Below are positions 39,868-52,660 of a stretch of DNA of 64,000 bases, piece by piece. The stretch is from the NCBI GenBank assembly GCA_013265495.1, contig MU057651.1:310001-374000 (forward strand). The letters are read 5' to 3'. Below the pieces are notes generated by a model. That model was not told the DNA's origin, did no database searches, and was given only the letters and a program-made list of their open reading frames with translations. The stretch comes from Vicugna vicugna. Taxonomy: Eukaryota. The position numbers and the translations under genes are program-made. Each line of letters opens with the position of its first letter. The stretch's first letter is position 1.

Positions 39868-41488
39868 AGCATCCCACATTCATGGGTAGAAAGACTTAAT
39901 ATGGGTAAATGGCAATAGTCCCCAAATTGATCTCCAGATTTAACACAAGCCCTATCAAAATCGTAGCTGTCTTTTCGCTTTTTTTTTAGAAGTTGATAAG
40001 CTGATCATAAAATTCATAAGGAAGTGCAAGGAAGCGAGAATAACCAAAATAGCCTTGAAAAAGAAGACAAAATTGGAGGACTCATACTTATTTATTTGAA
40101 AACTAACTACAAATTAACAGTAATCAAGACAGTGTGATCTGAAATAGAATGTAGATATAGACACACAGATCAATAGTACAGAATTGAGAATCTAGAAATA
40201 AAACCTTACATTTATGGCTAATTGAATTTTGTCAAAAGTGCCAAGGTAACTCAATGGAAAAGAATAGTCTTTTCAACAAAGGTTCTGGGACACACAATGA
40301 AGTTGGACCCCTACCTCTCACCATATAAAAATTAACTCAAAATGGTTCTAGACTTAAATGTAAGGGCTAAGAAAACAGAGATGCAAACCTCCATAAACTT
40401 GGATTTGAAATTTCTTAGATATGACACCAAAAGCACAAAACAAGAAAAAATAGGTAAACTGGACTTCACAAAAATTAAAAACATTTGTGCTTCAAAGGAC
40501 ACCACCAAGAAAGTGAAAAGACAACCCGTAGGATGGAAGAGAATATTTGCAAATTATATATCTGACGTGGGATCTGTATCCAGAATATATAAAGAACAAT
40601 TACAATTCAACAATAAAAAGAGAAAAAATCTAATTTTTAAATGTGCAAAGAATCTGAATAGACATTTGACCGAAGAAGTTTTACAAATAGCCAATAAACA
40701 CAAGAAAAGGTGCTCAGCAACATTAGTCATTAGGGAAATGCAAATCAAAATGTGAGATACCATTTCACATCCACTAAGATAGCTATAATTAAAAAATAAA
40801 ATAAAAATAGAAAATAACAAGTGTTGACAAGGACTTGGAGAAATTTGAACCCTCACACATTGCTAGTGGAAACTGTAAAGCAGTCTATCAATTCCTCAAA
40901 AAGTTAAACATGGGGTCAGTATATGACCCAGCAATTCCACTCCAAGGTATATACCAAGGAGAATTGAAAACATATGTTCACAAAAATACTTGTACATGAA
41001 TGTTCATAGCAGCATTATTCATACTAGTCAAAAAATGGGAAAAATCCAAATGTCCATCTACTGATGAATGGATAAAGAAAATCGGTATATCCATTTCATT
41101 CAATGGAATATTATTCAGCAACAAAAACAAGGAGCACAGATAATGCTACAACATGAACAAATCTTGAAATCACTACACTAAGTGAAAGAAGCCAGTCACA
41201 AAGGAATGCATATTGTGTTTCCACTTACATGAAGTGTCCAGAACAGGCAAGTTCATAAAGACAGAAAGTAGATTTCTGGTTGCCAAGGGCCAGCAGGTTT
41301 GTGGGAAAATGGAGAGTGACTGCTAATAAGTATGAAGTTTCTTTTCACAGTAATGAACATATTCTGGAGTTAGATAGTGGTGATGATTGTGTGACACTGT
41401 TAATATATTTTAAAACACTTAATTTTACACTTTAAAAGAATGATTTTTGTGTTATGTAAATTATACCTTAATAAAGCTGTTATTAAGG
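39868..41488 (+). mobile_element. 5'-truncated L1MB-type element inserted into a MIR
   Basis: Decayed ORF2 (ORF 40342-40755 translates to L1 ORF2-like KRQP..W..IFANYISD...SRIYKE) plus 3'UTR ending aataaagctgtt. Degenerate TSD AAATGACTTGCCC (39854-39866) / AAGTGAGTTGCCC (41489-41501), and the MIR continues on both sides. Confidence 0.9.
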
Positions 41489-41699
41489 AAGTGAGTTGCC
41501 CAAAGTCACAGAGGTAATACATAACAGAGCTGAGACTCATCCAGCAGCTCTCCTCTAACCTGTATTTTGAATCTTCATCAGTTACTCTAAAAACTCAACT
41601 ATTGTGATGGCCTTCCTCTGATCAAGGTCTTCTGGGGGCTTTCTCAACAAATAGAAACTCCTCATCATAACATTCAAGTTTATTTTATCTCGCAATTTT

Positions 41700-42850
41700 A
41701 TTTTCCATGAACAATTTATTCCTTAAATGTTAACTAAATCCCTACCATGGACACCTACACTTATTAGGACTGAGAGTAGAAAGTTTGGATACCTGTCCCC
41801 AAGGATTTAAAGTAGTAGTTGGGATGATAACTCCCATTCAAATAACTGTAATACAGGCTACAATTAGTGCTGTGATAATTCAGAAAAGGGAGAGAGAGCT
41901 TTTGGCTAGTACTCTAGTATATTTGTAGGTGGAAGAGAGTAGTAGAAGGTTAGGCTTTGTTGAAGAAGTAGTATTTGAGTTGGGCCTTTACAAGGAAAGG
42001 ACTCACCACCCAGCAAAAAGCATGGACGAAGGTAATAGAATCAAGGACAGGTTTGGGAAGCAGCAAGTAGTCTAGTTAGTTGGGGATAGAGTGGATGTAA
42101 AGAGGAGTGGTGTGAAAAAAGGATGGGAAAATGAAATGGAGCCAGATCATGGAAGACCTTGATTGCCAGTGTAATGTATTTGGGCTACACTAGAATGTGG
42201 TGTGTAGTGAAGAGACCATGGTCTTTGGACAGAAACTTGAGTTCACACCTTGGCTGCATCATTGAGCATGCTGGTGACTTTCAGTAAATTACTTTTCCTA
42301 ATTTTCAAAATGGGAATAAGGATATCTATCACGTCTTGGTTGTGAAAATTAAATGTAGTAAGAGTAGCTTTTACATGTTAGGGGAACCATCGGTAGATTT
42401 GGGGGAAGGATAGAGGAGGTGATTAAAGCTATGCCTTAGGAAGTTTCATCTATCAGAAAAGGGAAGAGGGAGGAGCCAGATAATGGAAGCAGTCAGGAGG
42501 CTGCTACCATAGGTCAAGTGAGAGATCACATGTACTGATTCCCAAACTGCAGCTATTAAAGGATCCCTTATATTGATGAGATCCCAAACAAGGATGGTGA
42601 TAACCAAAGACCTTCCAGAAGTGGAATCAACAAAATGTTTGACTGATGAGGAAAAAAGGCATCAAAGAGGACTTTGGGCTTTTGAACTTAACTGAATAGG
42701 AATTTTTGCTGCTATTGACAGAGCCTGGAAGGTCTGGAAGCAGAACAGATTTGGCATAGGGGTGGATAAGCTAAATTTTAGACTTCTGTGGGGAAATAGT
42801 GACTTAATGAGAGTGAAGGAGAATAAGAGATTTGGAAGTCATGGAGGGGA
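41700..42850 (-). mobile_element. Decayed LINE-2 with a MIR insertion (~42195-42360)
   Basis: tttgagttgggcctt, gccagatcatggaagacctt, tcaggaggctgct...ggtcaagtgagaga L2 motifs. Confidence 0.6.
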
Positions 42851-44235
42851 CCAGAGATACTAAGGCAGTTTAGGGAGCTGCCAAGTTGGTGGCCTAGGGT
42901 AGCCTCAAATGCACCAGAGCCCTGCCTGGAAAGATGCCAAAAGGAAGGTGGGTGTTTTTCAGAAACAGTTTGGCATGTTTGAAAATTTGCCTCCAGCAGG
43001 CCAGGACTATTCCTCAGGGAGGAGCCAGGGTTATGGAATTCTCTTCCTCTTTCTTATTCTCTTCTTTCTTCTACATTCTGTGGCCTCCAGCAACAAATAT
43101 AGAATAAGAATATAGTGTTCCCACTACTACTATAGTGTTATAACTCAGGTACACTGGAGGATTTTTAATGGGCTGTATGGGAACCTGATAATTAATGTAT
43201 AACATTAATTCTACAGGAAAATTATGTTTTGAGTTCTGAGCCATTAACTCTTTGGAACAGATTTCATTTGTATGCTGGGGACTGCCTGTATTAAAATCAT
43301 GATTATAATCCTGTTCCACTGCATTCCACCCTTCTAGAAAGCTAGATGGTATTTAAAGCATATAGGAAAAAAAAAATCCGTTCTCCACATGGAGGCTCCA
43401 GTAGTGACTTAATCAGATAGTTGGCTGCTGGTCCATCAGCTCCTGATTAAGGGCCCTGGTCATTTCCAGCTCTTGAATGGATCATGCCAAGTCACTTGAA
43501 AACAGGTGTTAGCTGCTTCAGTCACAGCCTCTAGGCTCCCATCTAGAAGAAGGCCCATGGGTCAATAATTGCCTCTCCTACCCTGGGCTCCTACCCTAGC
43601 CACTGCCTTCTCCTAGGAAAGGTCAGTTGCTAGAGGGCTGATCTGTTTGCGTTGCCCTTCTGCAGGCCTGGAAACATACTGGGCATTTGGTACCCATTCA
43701 GGATCCCTCTGTACACTGATGTATGAAATGCCTTTGTAGTGTCTTCTTACTAGCAGTTTTCAATAGTCCTGCCTTGTCAGTTAGCCACCTGACAGGTGCC
43801 TCTGGTCTCTCCATGCCTTTCCTCCTGAACATTAGCTTCTTGTGTTACCTGAGGAACTAACTGACAATAGGAATCACACTAATGCTGAAGAAGGAAGCAA
43901 CACTGGTCCTTATGTGGCTGAACCAGGGCCTTTCTCTTGTAGAGTACGCCTTCTACTTCTGATGGGGGTAAGTCAGAAGAGAAATAGAAGATATAGAGTA
44001 TTTCTCAGAAAAATTAAAGTGAGTCATTCTGTCTAGAGTTACTTGTATCTAGTTTTCATTTTCTTCTGCTAGTTCCACATTCCAAAATACATTTCTGGGG
44101 AGGCAGATAGTGCCAGACTGGGTTGACGATAGGTATGAAAATTTCAAGGGTGACAGTAGAAATCACACTAAAATTAAAATGATAGTGTCTTTAAGAAGAC
44201 AGGTAGCAACTGATCAAGAATCATTGGAACTATGT

Positions 44236-45020
44236 GGCCAAGAGGCACACGAAAAGATGCACAACACTGCTAATTATCAGAGAAATGCAAGTCAAAACTA
44301 CAATGAGATATCATCTCACACTGGTCAGAATGGCCATCATTAAAAAGTCCATAAACAATAAATGCTAGAGAGGGTGTGGAGAAAAGGGAACCCTCCTGCT
44401 GTTGATGGGAATATAATTTGTTGCAGACACTATGGAAAACAGTATGGAGATTCCTTAGAGAACTAAAAATAGACCTACCCTATGATCCAGCAATCCCGCT
44501 CTTGGACATATATCTGAAGGAAACTCTAATTTGAAAAGCTACATGCACCCTAATGTTCATAGAAGCACTATTAACAGTATCCAAGACATGGAAGCAACCT
44601 AAATGTCCATTGACATATGACTGGATAAAGAAGATGTGATATATTTATACAATGGAATACTACACAGCCATCAAAAGAATAAAATAATGCCATTTGCAGC
44701 AACATAGATGGACCTAGAGATTATCATGCTAAGTGAAGTCAGTCAGAGAAAGACAGATATCATATGATATCACTTATATGTGGAATCTAAATAAATGGCA
44801 CAAATGAACTTATTTACAAAACAGAAACAGACCCACAGACATAGAAAACAAGCTTATGGTTACCAAAGGGGAAAGGAGGCGATGGATAAATTAGGGGTCT
44901 GGGATTTGCAGATACTAACTACTATATATAAAACAGATAAACAATAAGGTCCTTGTGTTTAGCACAGGGAGCTATATTTAATATCTTATAATAACCTATA
45001 ATGATAAAGAATATGAAAAA
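44236..45020 (+). mobile_element. Artiodactyl/camelid-type L1 (end of ORF2 plus 3'UTR), lacking its last ~85 nt
   Basis: gaaatgcaagtcaaaactacaatgagatatcatctcacac...ggacctagagattatcatgctaagtgaag...ggttaccaaaggggaaagg. Confidence 0.9.
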
Positions 45021-47456
45021 TAATCTTTTTTAAAGGGAGGATGGACAATTAGAAGTGAGTGGGAGCTGGGAGCCATTTATATTTTCATCCCTGTCTTCTG
45101 CCATGTCCACTGGTAGGAGATTTGGATATAATCAGGGCACCATAAAGTATTATCTATTATCAGCATATAACGATGATAAATGGAGATTTTTTTGTCATAG
45201 TGCAGTGAATAATCTTCCAAAGTTTCTTTTCAGAATAGTTCTTTACTAGCTCTTAAAATACACAATCCCCAAGGACTTGTAAGTGGCAGGATCCTGCAAA
45301 TGGTGAGTCTTGGAACTGGAGCCCTGGAGGTTGGCTCAGGCCCAGGGACCCATTTAGTTGTTGCTATGTTCTGAAATCACCCTGATTATGAAGCAGAGCT
45401 TCTAAGTGCCAAGTCTCATGCCAACCCAATGACTTGACTCTGCAAAGTTAACAGGAACCCAGGAAGCCTGTTGCAGCACCGTGAGTTATTGCTGTTGTTC
45501 AGCTAGGGAATTGTTACTGTGAGTTACGGGTCTCTATGCCCCAGACAAAAACACTGAGCCCAAAGGGAGTGCTGATCTTTGAACAGGTGAAAAGGGCAAG
45601 GACCCCAAACGCACTTGAGGGTAAGAACCCTCCTAGGTGTAACGTCAGGAGCAGTGAGAAAGTCCCCTTACTTCAGAGAGATTTCTGGTAAAGATTAATG
45701 GAGACCTGAAATCCCTTTAACATGAAAAGGGGCATTTCTTCAATTCTACAATCAGAGCTAAAGATTGCTATGTAAATACTCTTGGGAGAAGGAATAGGGT
45801 GATGGCGTAACTCAGCCACACTCAGGTGAATGTGCAGGCAGGGGCCTCTAATGGGTAAGCACCTGAGATAGAGGATGTACTCTCTCTTCAGTGATCGCGG
45901 TTCAACAAGAAGCAGGAAGAGGCACTGGGAGGGTCTGGTGGACCTATTCCTCTTTCAACTTTGGCCCCAGGGTGGCATATCAGGATCAGAGTGTACATGT
46001 TTATGTGCATGGGTGCTCCTATATGAGTGCACATGGGCACAGGCTCATTGTATTTCAAGACTGTGAGAAATACTAACAGACACTTGCTGAGCACCCAGGT
46101 ATACCAGATGCTGGACATGTGTTCTCTCACCCAGTCCTTCCACAGCAGTTAGTATTCCCATAGTCAGAAAACCAGTTCAGAGAGGTGAAATTGCTTATTC
46201 AAGGTTTTAGAATGTAATGGAGTCTGGAAATATAACCAGGTTGGGGGTGGGGTGTGGACTAGGTTTCCAACTTAGATTTACAGCATCTCTAAATGAGATA
46301 AGAGAATTGCAATCCAGTTTGTGTGTGTGTGTGTGTGTGTTAAAAGTGTGTGTTAAATGTCACTGTTTAGTTCACACTTTTTGTGGCTTCTGTCATTCTT
46401 TTGTCTTTATTATGCCAAGAGCTTTAGTAAAATGGAACTGCTGAGCCTCCCTGGACCTCTGAGAGGCCCTGTCTTTACAGTTTCAGTGTAGTCACCACCT
46501 GGCCAATAAATGATCTCTCTGGAACACATATCTGACCTTGTCATTCATTTCTTTAAACTCCTTCAATGTTTTCCATTTTCTTCTATTTAAAGGCCAAATT
46601 CCTTAGCTTTGTCTTTAATAATCTGGCCCCACCTGACCTGCCTCTTCACATCTCCTGCTACTTTACATCATACACCCTCTGAGAGCCCTGCTGACCTTCT
46701 GACTGGCTGTTCATCAGATGTGTCATGGTCTTTAGTAACTCCATGATCTGACAATTTGGTCCCTCTATGTGGAATCTTTCTTCCTACTTTTCTATCTTGA
46801 TAGCTGCCACTCCTCTCCTTGAACAGTTGTTTAAGGTGCCAGGATAGGGTAGGGACAGGGATGTGGGATTCAGTTTAGGGGCCACAATATAAGGCTTAAC
46901 TACATACAGTGAAAACTACACTTGAAAAAGTACTAAACCATCCCAAAGTACATTGTACAAGGTTTCATGTTTATACAACCTTGTACATAAATATATATGT
47001 GAAAATATGTATTATTAAACATGAGAATCACATTCAGAGCAGTACAGTAAAATGTGAAAGCTGTGAGAAGTGGGGAACTGACATCTCATGAGGGAATCAC
47101 AAATGTACTTCTGTCTTCTCATGATCACCTAATTCTGGGACTCACTGAGTCTTCCTGGTAGCCTGAATTATTAAAACTATTTGTTTTCTATCTCTCTGTC
47201 TCTTCAATGTAGATGTACCCCTGTAATGCTGTTTCACTATAGCCAAATATTCTGTGAATCTTTTCCTGACTCCCTTAGGCAGGATCAGCCTCATAGAATT
47301 CTATTCATATCTCTACTATAGCACCTATCAGGTCTTATCACAATTATTTAAGTATCTGTTCTTCCAATTAGACTGTGAACACCTCCAGAGTATGACCCAG
47401 ATCATATTTGTTACTCTACCCATAGCACTTAGGACAGTTCTTACCAAAGATAGGAG

Positions 47457-47640
47457 CAGTGCTTCTCAAAGCATATTCCATGGGTCAGCATCAGAATTAC
47501 CTACAACACCTCTTAAAATGCAAATTCATGAGAGAGAAATAACATTTTTAATTTAATTTTTATTTAAGGCTCTGATTCAGCACTTCTTGGGTTGGATCCA
47601 AGAATCCCTAATTTTGAGGTGCTTCCCGAGTGATAATGAT
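47457..47640. mobile_element. MER5A-like MITE following L2 remnants (~46490-47450)
   Basis: cagtgcttctcaaa...cagcatcagaattacct...aaaatgcaaattc. Confidence 0.65.
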
Positions 47641-48270
47641 ACAAATGTAAATGTGGCCTCTTTTCTGATGCCTTCTCCATCTACTCCCCTGTCCCCCATA
47701 GATGTGACCTCTCCTGTTGCTGTAGGGTGAGATATACAGATTCATTAGAACGAGGTGTAGCGGAGTGTTGCTGGAACTGGGAGGGGATAACTGGGAAGGA
47801 ATTGGAAGGACGGCTTGAAGTTTGCCCAGAAGTTTTGCATCCAAGTCTGTGCATTTGAGTTGAGTTTGCTACAAAAAATGTAAACTGGCAGCAGTGGTCA
47901 TTTTGGTTAACTCCTAAGGACTCATTCCATCCCTTTTCCATTGAATTGCAGCAAGGCAAGTTGGGAAATTGATCTCAGCTCAAGGGGTAAGCCTGATTGG
48001 TCTGAGGATAAACCCATCCCTTTTGCCGGTTATGGTTCAGAGACCCAACCTGCCTAAAATTCAGGTAAAGGTTTATTGGAGCCTTTTGGAAAACTATATC
48101 CTTGCTTTTTAAGAGCTAGATTCTTCCCTTGGTTGTGAACAAGAAAACATGTGGCTCTGATTGCTGCTGACAAATTTCTCATGACCGTGAGGAGAATCTA
48201 GCCTTAGATAGCAGCTGATCTTTGGGTAATAGACAACAGTGATGGAAAGAATCTGGGTCCTTGGCCACAG

Positions 48271-49165
48271 TTTTTTTTTAATGTGGTAAAATACTCAGAA
48301 CACAAAATTTACCATCTTAACCATTCTTAGGTGTATAGTTCAGTAACATTAATATTATTGTACAACCATCACCACCATCCATCTATCCATCTCCTCAACT
48401 GAAATTCTGTACCCATTAAACAGTGACTCCCCAATTTTCCCTCCCCCTAGCCCTGCAATCACTGTTCTACTTTCTGTCTCAGTAAATTTGACTACTCTAG
48501 AAACATTGTATAAGAGGAATCATAAATATTTGTCCTTTTTTAACTGGCTTATTTACTTAGCATAATGTCTTCAAGGTTCATCCATGTTGTAGCATGTGTA
48601 CATATTTCCTTCCTTTTTAATCCTGAATATTATTCCATTGTCTGTTTGTACCATGTTTTGTTTATCTATTTGTCTGTCTATGAACACTTGGATTGTTTCT
48701 ATTTTCTGGCTATTGTGAATATATGAACACGAGTGTACAAATATCTGTTCAAGTCCCTGATTTCAATTCTTTTGGGTATATATAGCCAGAAGTGGAATTG
48801 CTGGATCATATGGTAATTCTATGTTCAATTTTTTTGAGGCATCCTTATATTGTATTCCATAGCAGCTGCACCTTTTTACATTCCTACAAGCATTGCACAA
48901 CAGTTCCAGCTTCTCCACATTCTTGCCAGTGCTGGTTATTTTTGTGTTTTAGTGTTTTTTTTTCTTTTTAATACTAGCCATCCTAATGGATGTGGAGTGG
49001 TATCTCATTGTGGTTTTGATTTACATTTCCCTAATGACTAGTGACGTTGAGTACTTTTCCACGTGCTTATTGACCATTTGTATATCTTCTTTGGCTAAAT
49101 GTCTATTCAAGTCCTTTGCTCCATCTTTAATCAGGTAGTTTGGGTTTTTTATTGTTGAGTTGTAC
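48271..49165 (-). mobile_element. L1MB-type 3' fragment nested in an old MLT1 LTR (~47880-49870)
   Basis: Poly-T, aaatttaccatcttaaccatt, ggaattgctggatcatatggtaattctatg, tatctcattgtggttttgattt. Confidence 0.9.
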
Positions 49166-49252
49166 TTAATGACACTTTCAAACTGCTGAATCAACCAACT
49201 CTGAAGCCTACTCTGACTTTGTACTCCCAGCTATGTAATCTAGCAAACTATC

Positions 49253-49711
49253 TGTGGTAGACAGAAAAATGACCCATCAAAGATATCCACGTTCTAATCC
49301 CTGAAATCTGTGAATATGTTGCCTTACATGGCAAAAGGAACTTTGCAGATGTGGTTATGTTAAAGATCTTGAAATGGGAAGATTATGCTGGACTATCAGG
49401 GTGAGCCCAATGTAATCACAAGGGTGCTTATGACAGGAAGGCAGCAGGGTCAGAGTCAGAGAAGGAGATTGTAACAATGGAGGCAAAGGTCAGAGTGATA
49501 TGGGACCATGAGCCAAGGAATGTGGGATGCCTCTAGAAGCTGAAAAAGGGAAGGAATTGATTTTCCCCTGTATCCTCCAGAAGAAATGTAGCTCTGCCAA
49601 CACCTTGATTTTAGTTTTGTGATCTCCAGAACTGTAAGATAATAAATTTGTGTTGTTTCAGGCGTCTAAGTTTGTGATAATTAGTTATAGCAGCAATGGG
49701 AAACTAATACA
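49253..49711 (+). mobile_element. MLT1D solo LTR
   Basis: tgtggtagacag...ctaatccctgaaatctgtgaatatgttgccttacatggcaaaagg...gcagcaatgggaaactaataca. Confidence 0.9.
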
Positions 49712-52179
49712 CCACCTTGTTGTTTAAGTCAGAGCAAGTGTCAGGGTTAGTTGACTCAGCAGTTTAAAAGTGTCCCAAGTACATCTCAGCGATAAAAAAC
49801 CAAACCACCTGATTAGAAAAGAAGCAAAGTTTTTCTGTTATTTACAGCCAAGAGCATCTTAATTGATACACCAGGTAAACCAACAGTACAATAGCCAATT
49901 CCAGACTCTCAGTGAATTCTCACTAGCTAGCAACCATGTTTAGGGAGCTTGATAATGGGCAGTCATTGCATGACAGGGGACTGAGTAGGAAAAGAAATTC
50001 TGATGTACATTATGGCTAGAGAACAACTGAAATGATGCTCAAATGTTTGATTAATTAATGAATATGATTATTTTGTTTAATTTGATTATTGGCGTTTATA
50101 ATTTCTTCCCTGGTTTAACGATTCTGTGGTACTGACCTGCAGGGGCTGTATACGCCTCACCAGACTAGCTTGGCATGTGGGTTTGATGGTGAATATGCAG
50201 AGGAGTTGATTGTTGCCCTAGAGGCTTGTCTTATACATTCAGACTCTTTTGAAAACTCTATCTTGCTTCCCTCAGGGACATTTCCCTTCCCTGTTATTTG
50301 TTGTTAAATCACTAGGCTGAGCTAAGTACCCAAACAACAGCTCTTTCTCATTAGGTCCCAGAGGAAAGAGACCTAGTCCACTAACCTTGGACCCCAAGTC
50401 TCCAGATCACTAATGAAGCATACAGTGTATAAGTTCCCTAGGCCCAGGTCCTGATTCCATCTTGAATGGGCAGAAGTTATTGCCTTAAAACAAACCAAGA
50501 AACCCCAAACAGATAGGCTTGTTTTCCTTTCTGTCCTAATGTCTAGATTTCATGTTAAAACTGGGTTTCCTGTCTTTACTCTCAGATGAGAGTATGGGGA
50601 ATTACAGAGTAGTGCTGAAAAGATCATTAAAGACCCTGTAGATTACTTTTAAGGGAGAAGAACATGGAAAATGTATAAGTAATCCTTGTGCCTAGAAGTG
50701 AAGTTGTTTCCTATACTAAAATTTTCCGTTAATCAGGTATCTATCTTCCCATGATGAGCTCCAAACAACTGGAGATATAATCACGCTTCTTTCTAGACTA
50801 GCTAATGATCTAAATTGTGGATTCTTCAGATACTTGGCCTCTCCCTAGTCTCCTCAGTATGCTGGGTTTTTGGACTTTTCATAGCAAGTCAGCTGCCCCA
50901 CTAAAGCTAAAATATTGTCTTTCACAACTTCCATTCAAATCTCAAGAATCATAAGAAATTGGATATTTCTGTGAAAACAGGTCTTCAATAAACTGCTTGA
51001 CTCCAGGCTTCAGGGCTCAAGAGGTGAACCAGCTTATGCAGGTAGATCTGCCCTATCTCATGTTCTTCACAAATTAACTTCAGATTCAGAATCTAACTTT
51101 CAGCTTGTGCTTTGAAGGAAGACAGGCTTGGGTCAAGTCTTGACTCTCTCCCAATACTAGCTGGAAATAGTTCTGAGGTTGTTTAACCATTCCAAGCCTC
51201 AATTTCATTATCCATGGGAGGGGAATAATAGTATTTACCTCACAGGTTTGTTGTGAGAATCAAAGGACATCACATGTGTACAAGTGCTCAGTAAATGTTA
51301 AGGGAATTGGAAAATGTTGGGGTTATTTGGAGGCCAAGTTACTGCCCTGTGATTCCCTAGGTTTAGCTGATAAAATCGTAATTCCTGACTGGAACCTTAC
51401 AGTAGACTATTGATAAACAGCTCTGGAATTGCAACTTAAATTCTACAACCAGAGAGCACAAATCTTGGTCTATAGTATTTCACTATCTCGTTTTTTTTTT
51501 TTAATTCTGCTAGTTGTGACTTGAGATAGAGTATTTTAAGGAGCAAGTAGCGTCTCTGCAGCAAAGTAAATATTACATCTAACAGGTGTCAGGTTACTAT
51601 TTAGTCTAGGAAATCACTAATCCCATTGCCCAATTTGGTAACAGACCTTCCATTCCAATTGTGTTATCTTCCATCCAGTGATCCCCAGGGCTAACTCGAC
51701 CTGGCTGGCTGAACAGGTGGCCCCTTCTTCTCCCACTACTCTGTATGTTGTGTTGTATCACCTTCTTCTCATGGGAATATTAAGGCTCAAGGGATATATG
51801 AATCTGTCCCTGCTTAAACCACAGACTATGGAAAGTAAAGTCAAGGTCTGTTCCATTCCACTTCCAGGGTGGTATGTTAATATCAGTTTCTAATTTAAAA
51901 GAGGTACATGGGATCATCTAAATGATCAACACAACCTCTAAGACTGCCTAATGTACACCTCAGAAATGACATTGAGTGGAAAATGAATTGGCCTTTATCA
52001 TCACTCAGCAGGAGGGTACAGTAGACCTTAAATCAGTATCAGATCTCAGCACCTGTGCTTTTCTAGCATCACTTCTCCTCAACTCAGTAGTTAGAAAGGT
52101 ATATATATATATATATATATACCTTTCACACTCCAGGTGAATCAAAAGAATAGCAAAGAGAGAAGCAACAAAATCCTCC

Positions 52180-52660
52180 TATTTTAGATACTGTTTTGGC
52201 TGTTTGTAACAGAAAACCAAATTGAAAATGGCTTAAGCAGATAAAAGTGTATTTCTCTCTCACATACAGTCTGGAGGTAGGCACTCCAGGCCGCATATCT
52301 GCCTGGCAATTCTGCTGCATGAGGTTTGCAGGTATCCAGACTCCTTCCATCCTGTGGCTCACCAGTCCTCGGGTATTTCCCTTGTCCACCTGGCTCAAAG
52401 TGGCTCTCCACAATGTCCAAGAACCAACTAGCAGGATGAAGAAAGTAGGAGAAGGAGGAAATGCCCTCTTCCTTTAAGAATTTGAACATGAGGTTCTTCA
52501 TGTCTCTCCTGGCTACATCTCATTGGCAAAGCTTAATCATATGACCACAACTAGGTGCAAATAAACCTGGGGAAAGTACTTTTAAGCTTGGTGGCCATGT
52601 ACCCAATAATCCCTTTAACTTTGGAGGAAGGGGGAGAATGGACATAATGGAACAATGAAA
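52180..52660 (-). mobile_element. Old MaLR LTR (MLT1J/K-like)
   Basis: ggctgtttgtaacagaaaacc...tggcttaagc...atctcattggc...tcatatgaccac. Confidence 0.7.

Noticed and set aside
40342..40755. 137-aa ORF with L1 ORF2 similarity (likewise 44110-44343 and 59207-60237)
   Set aside because: Fragments of truncated, frameshifted L1 copies, not functional genes.
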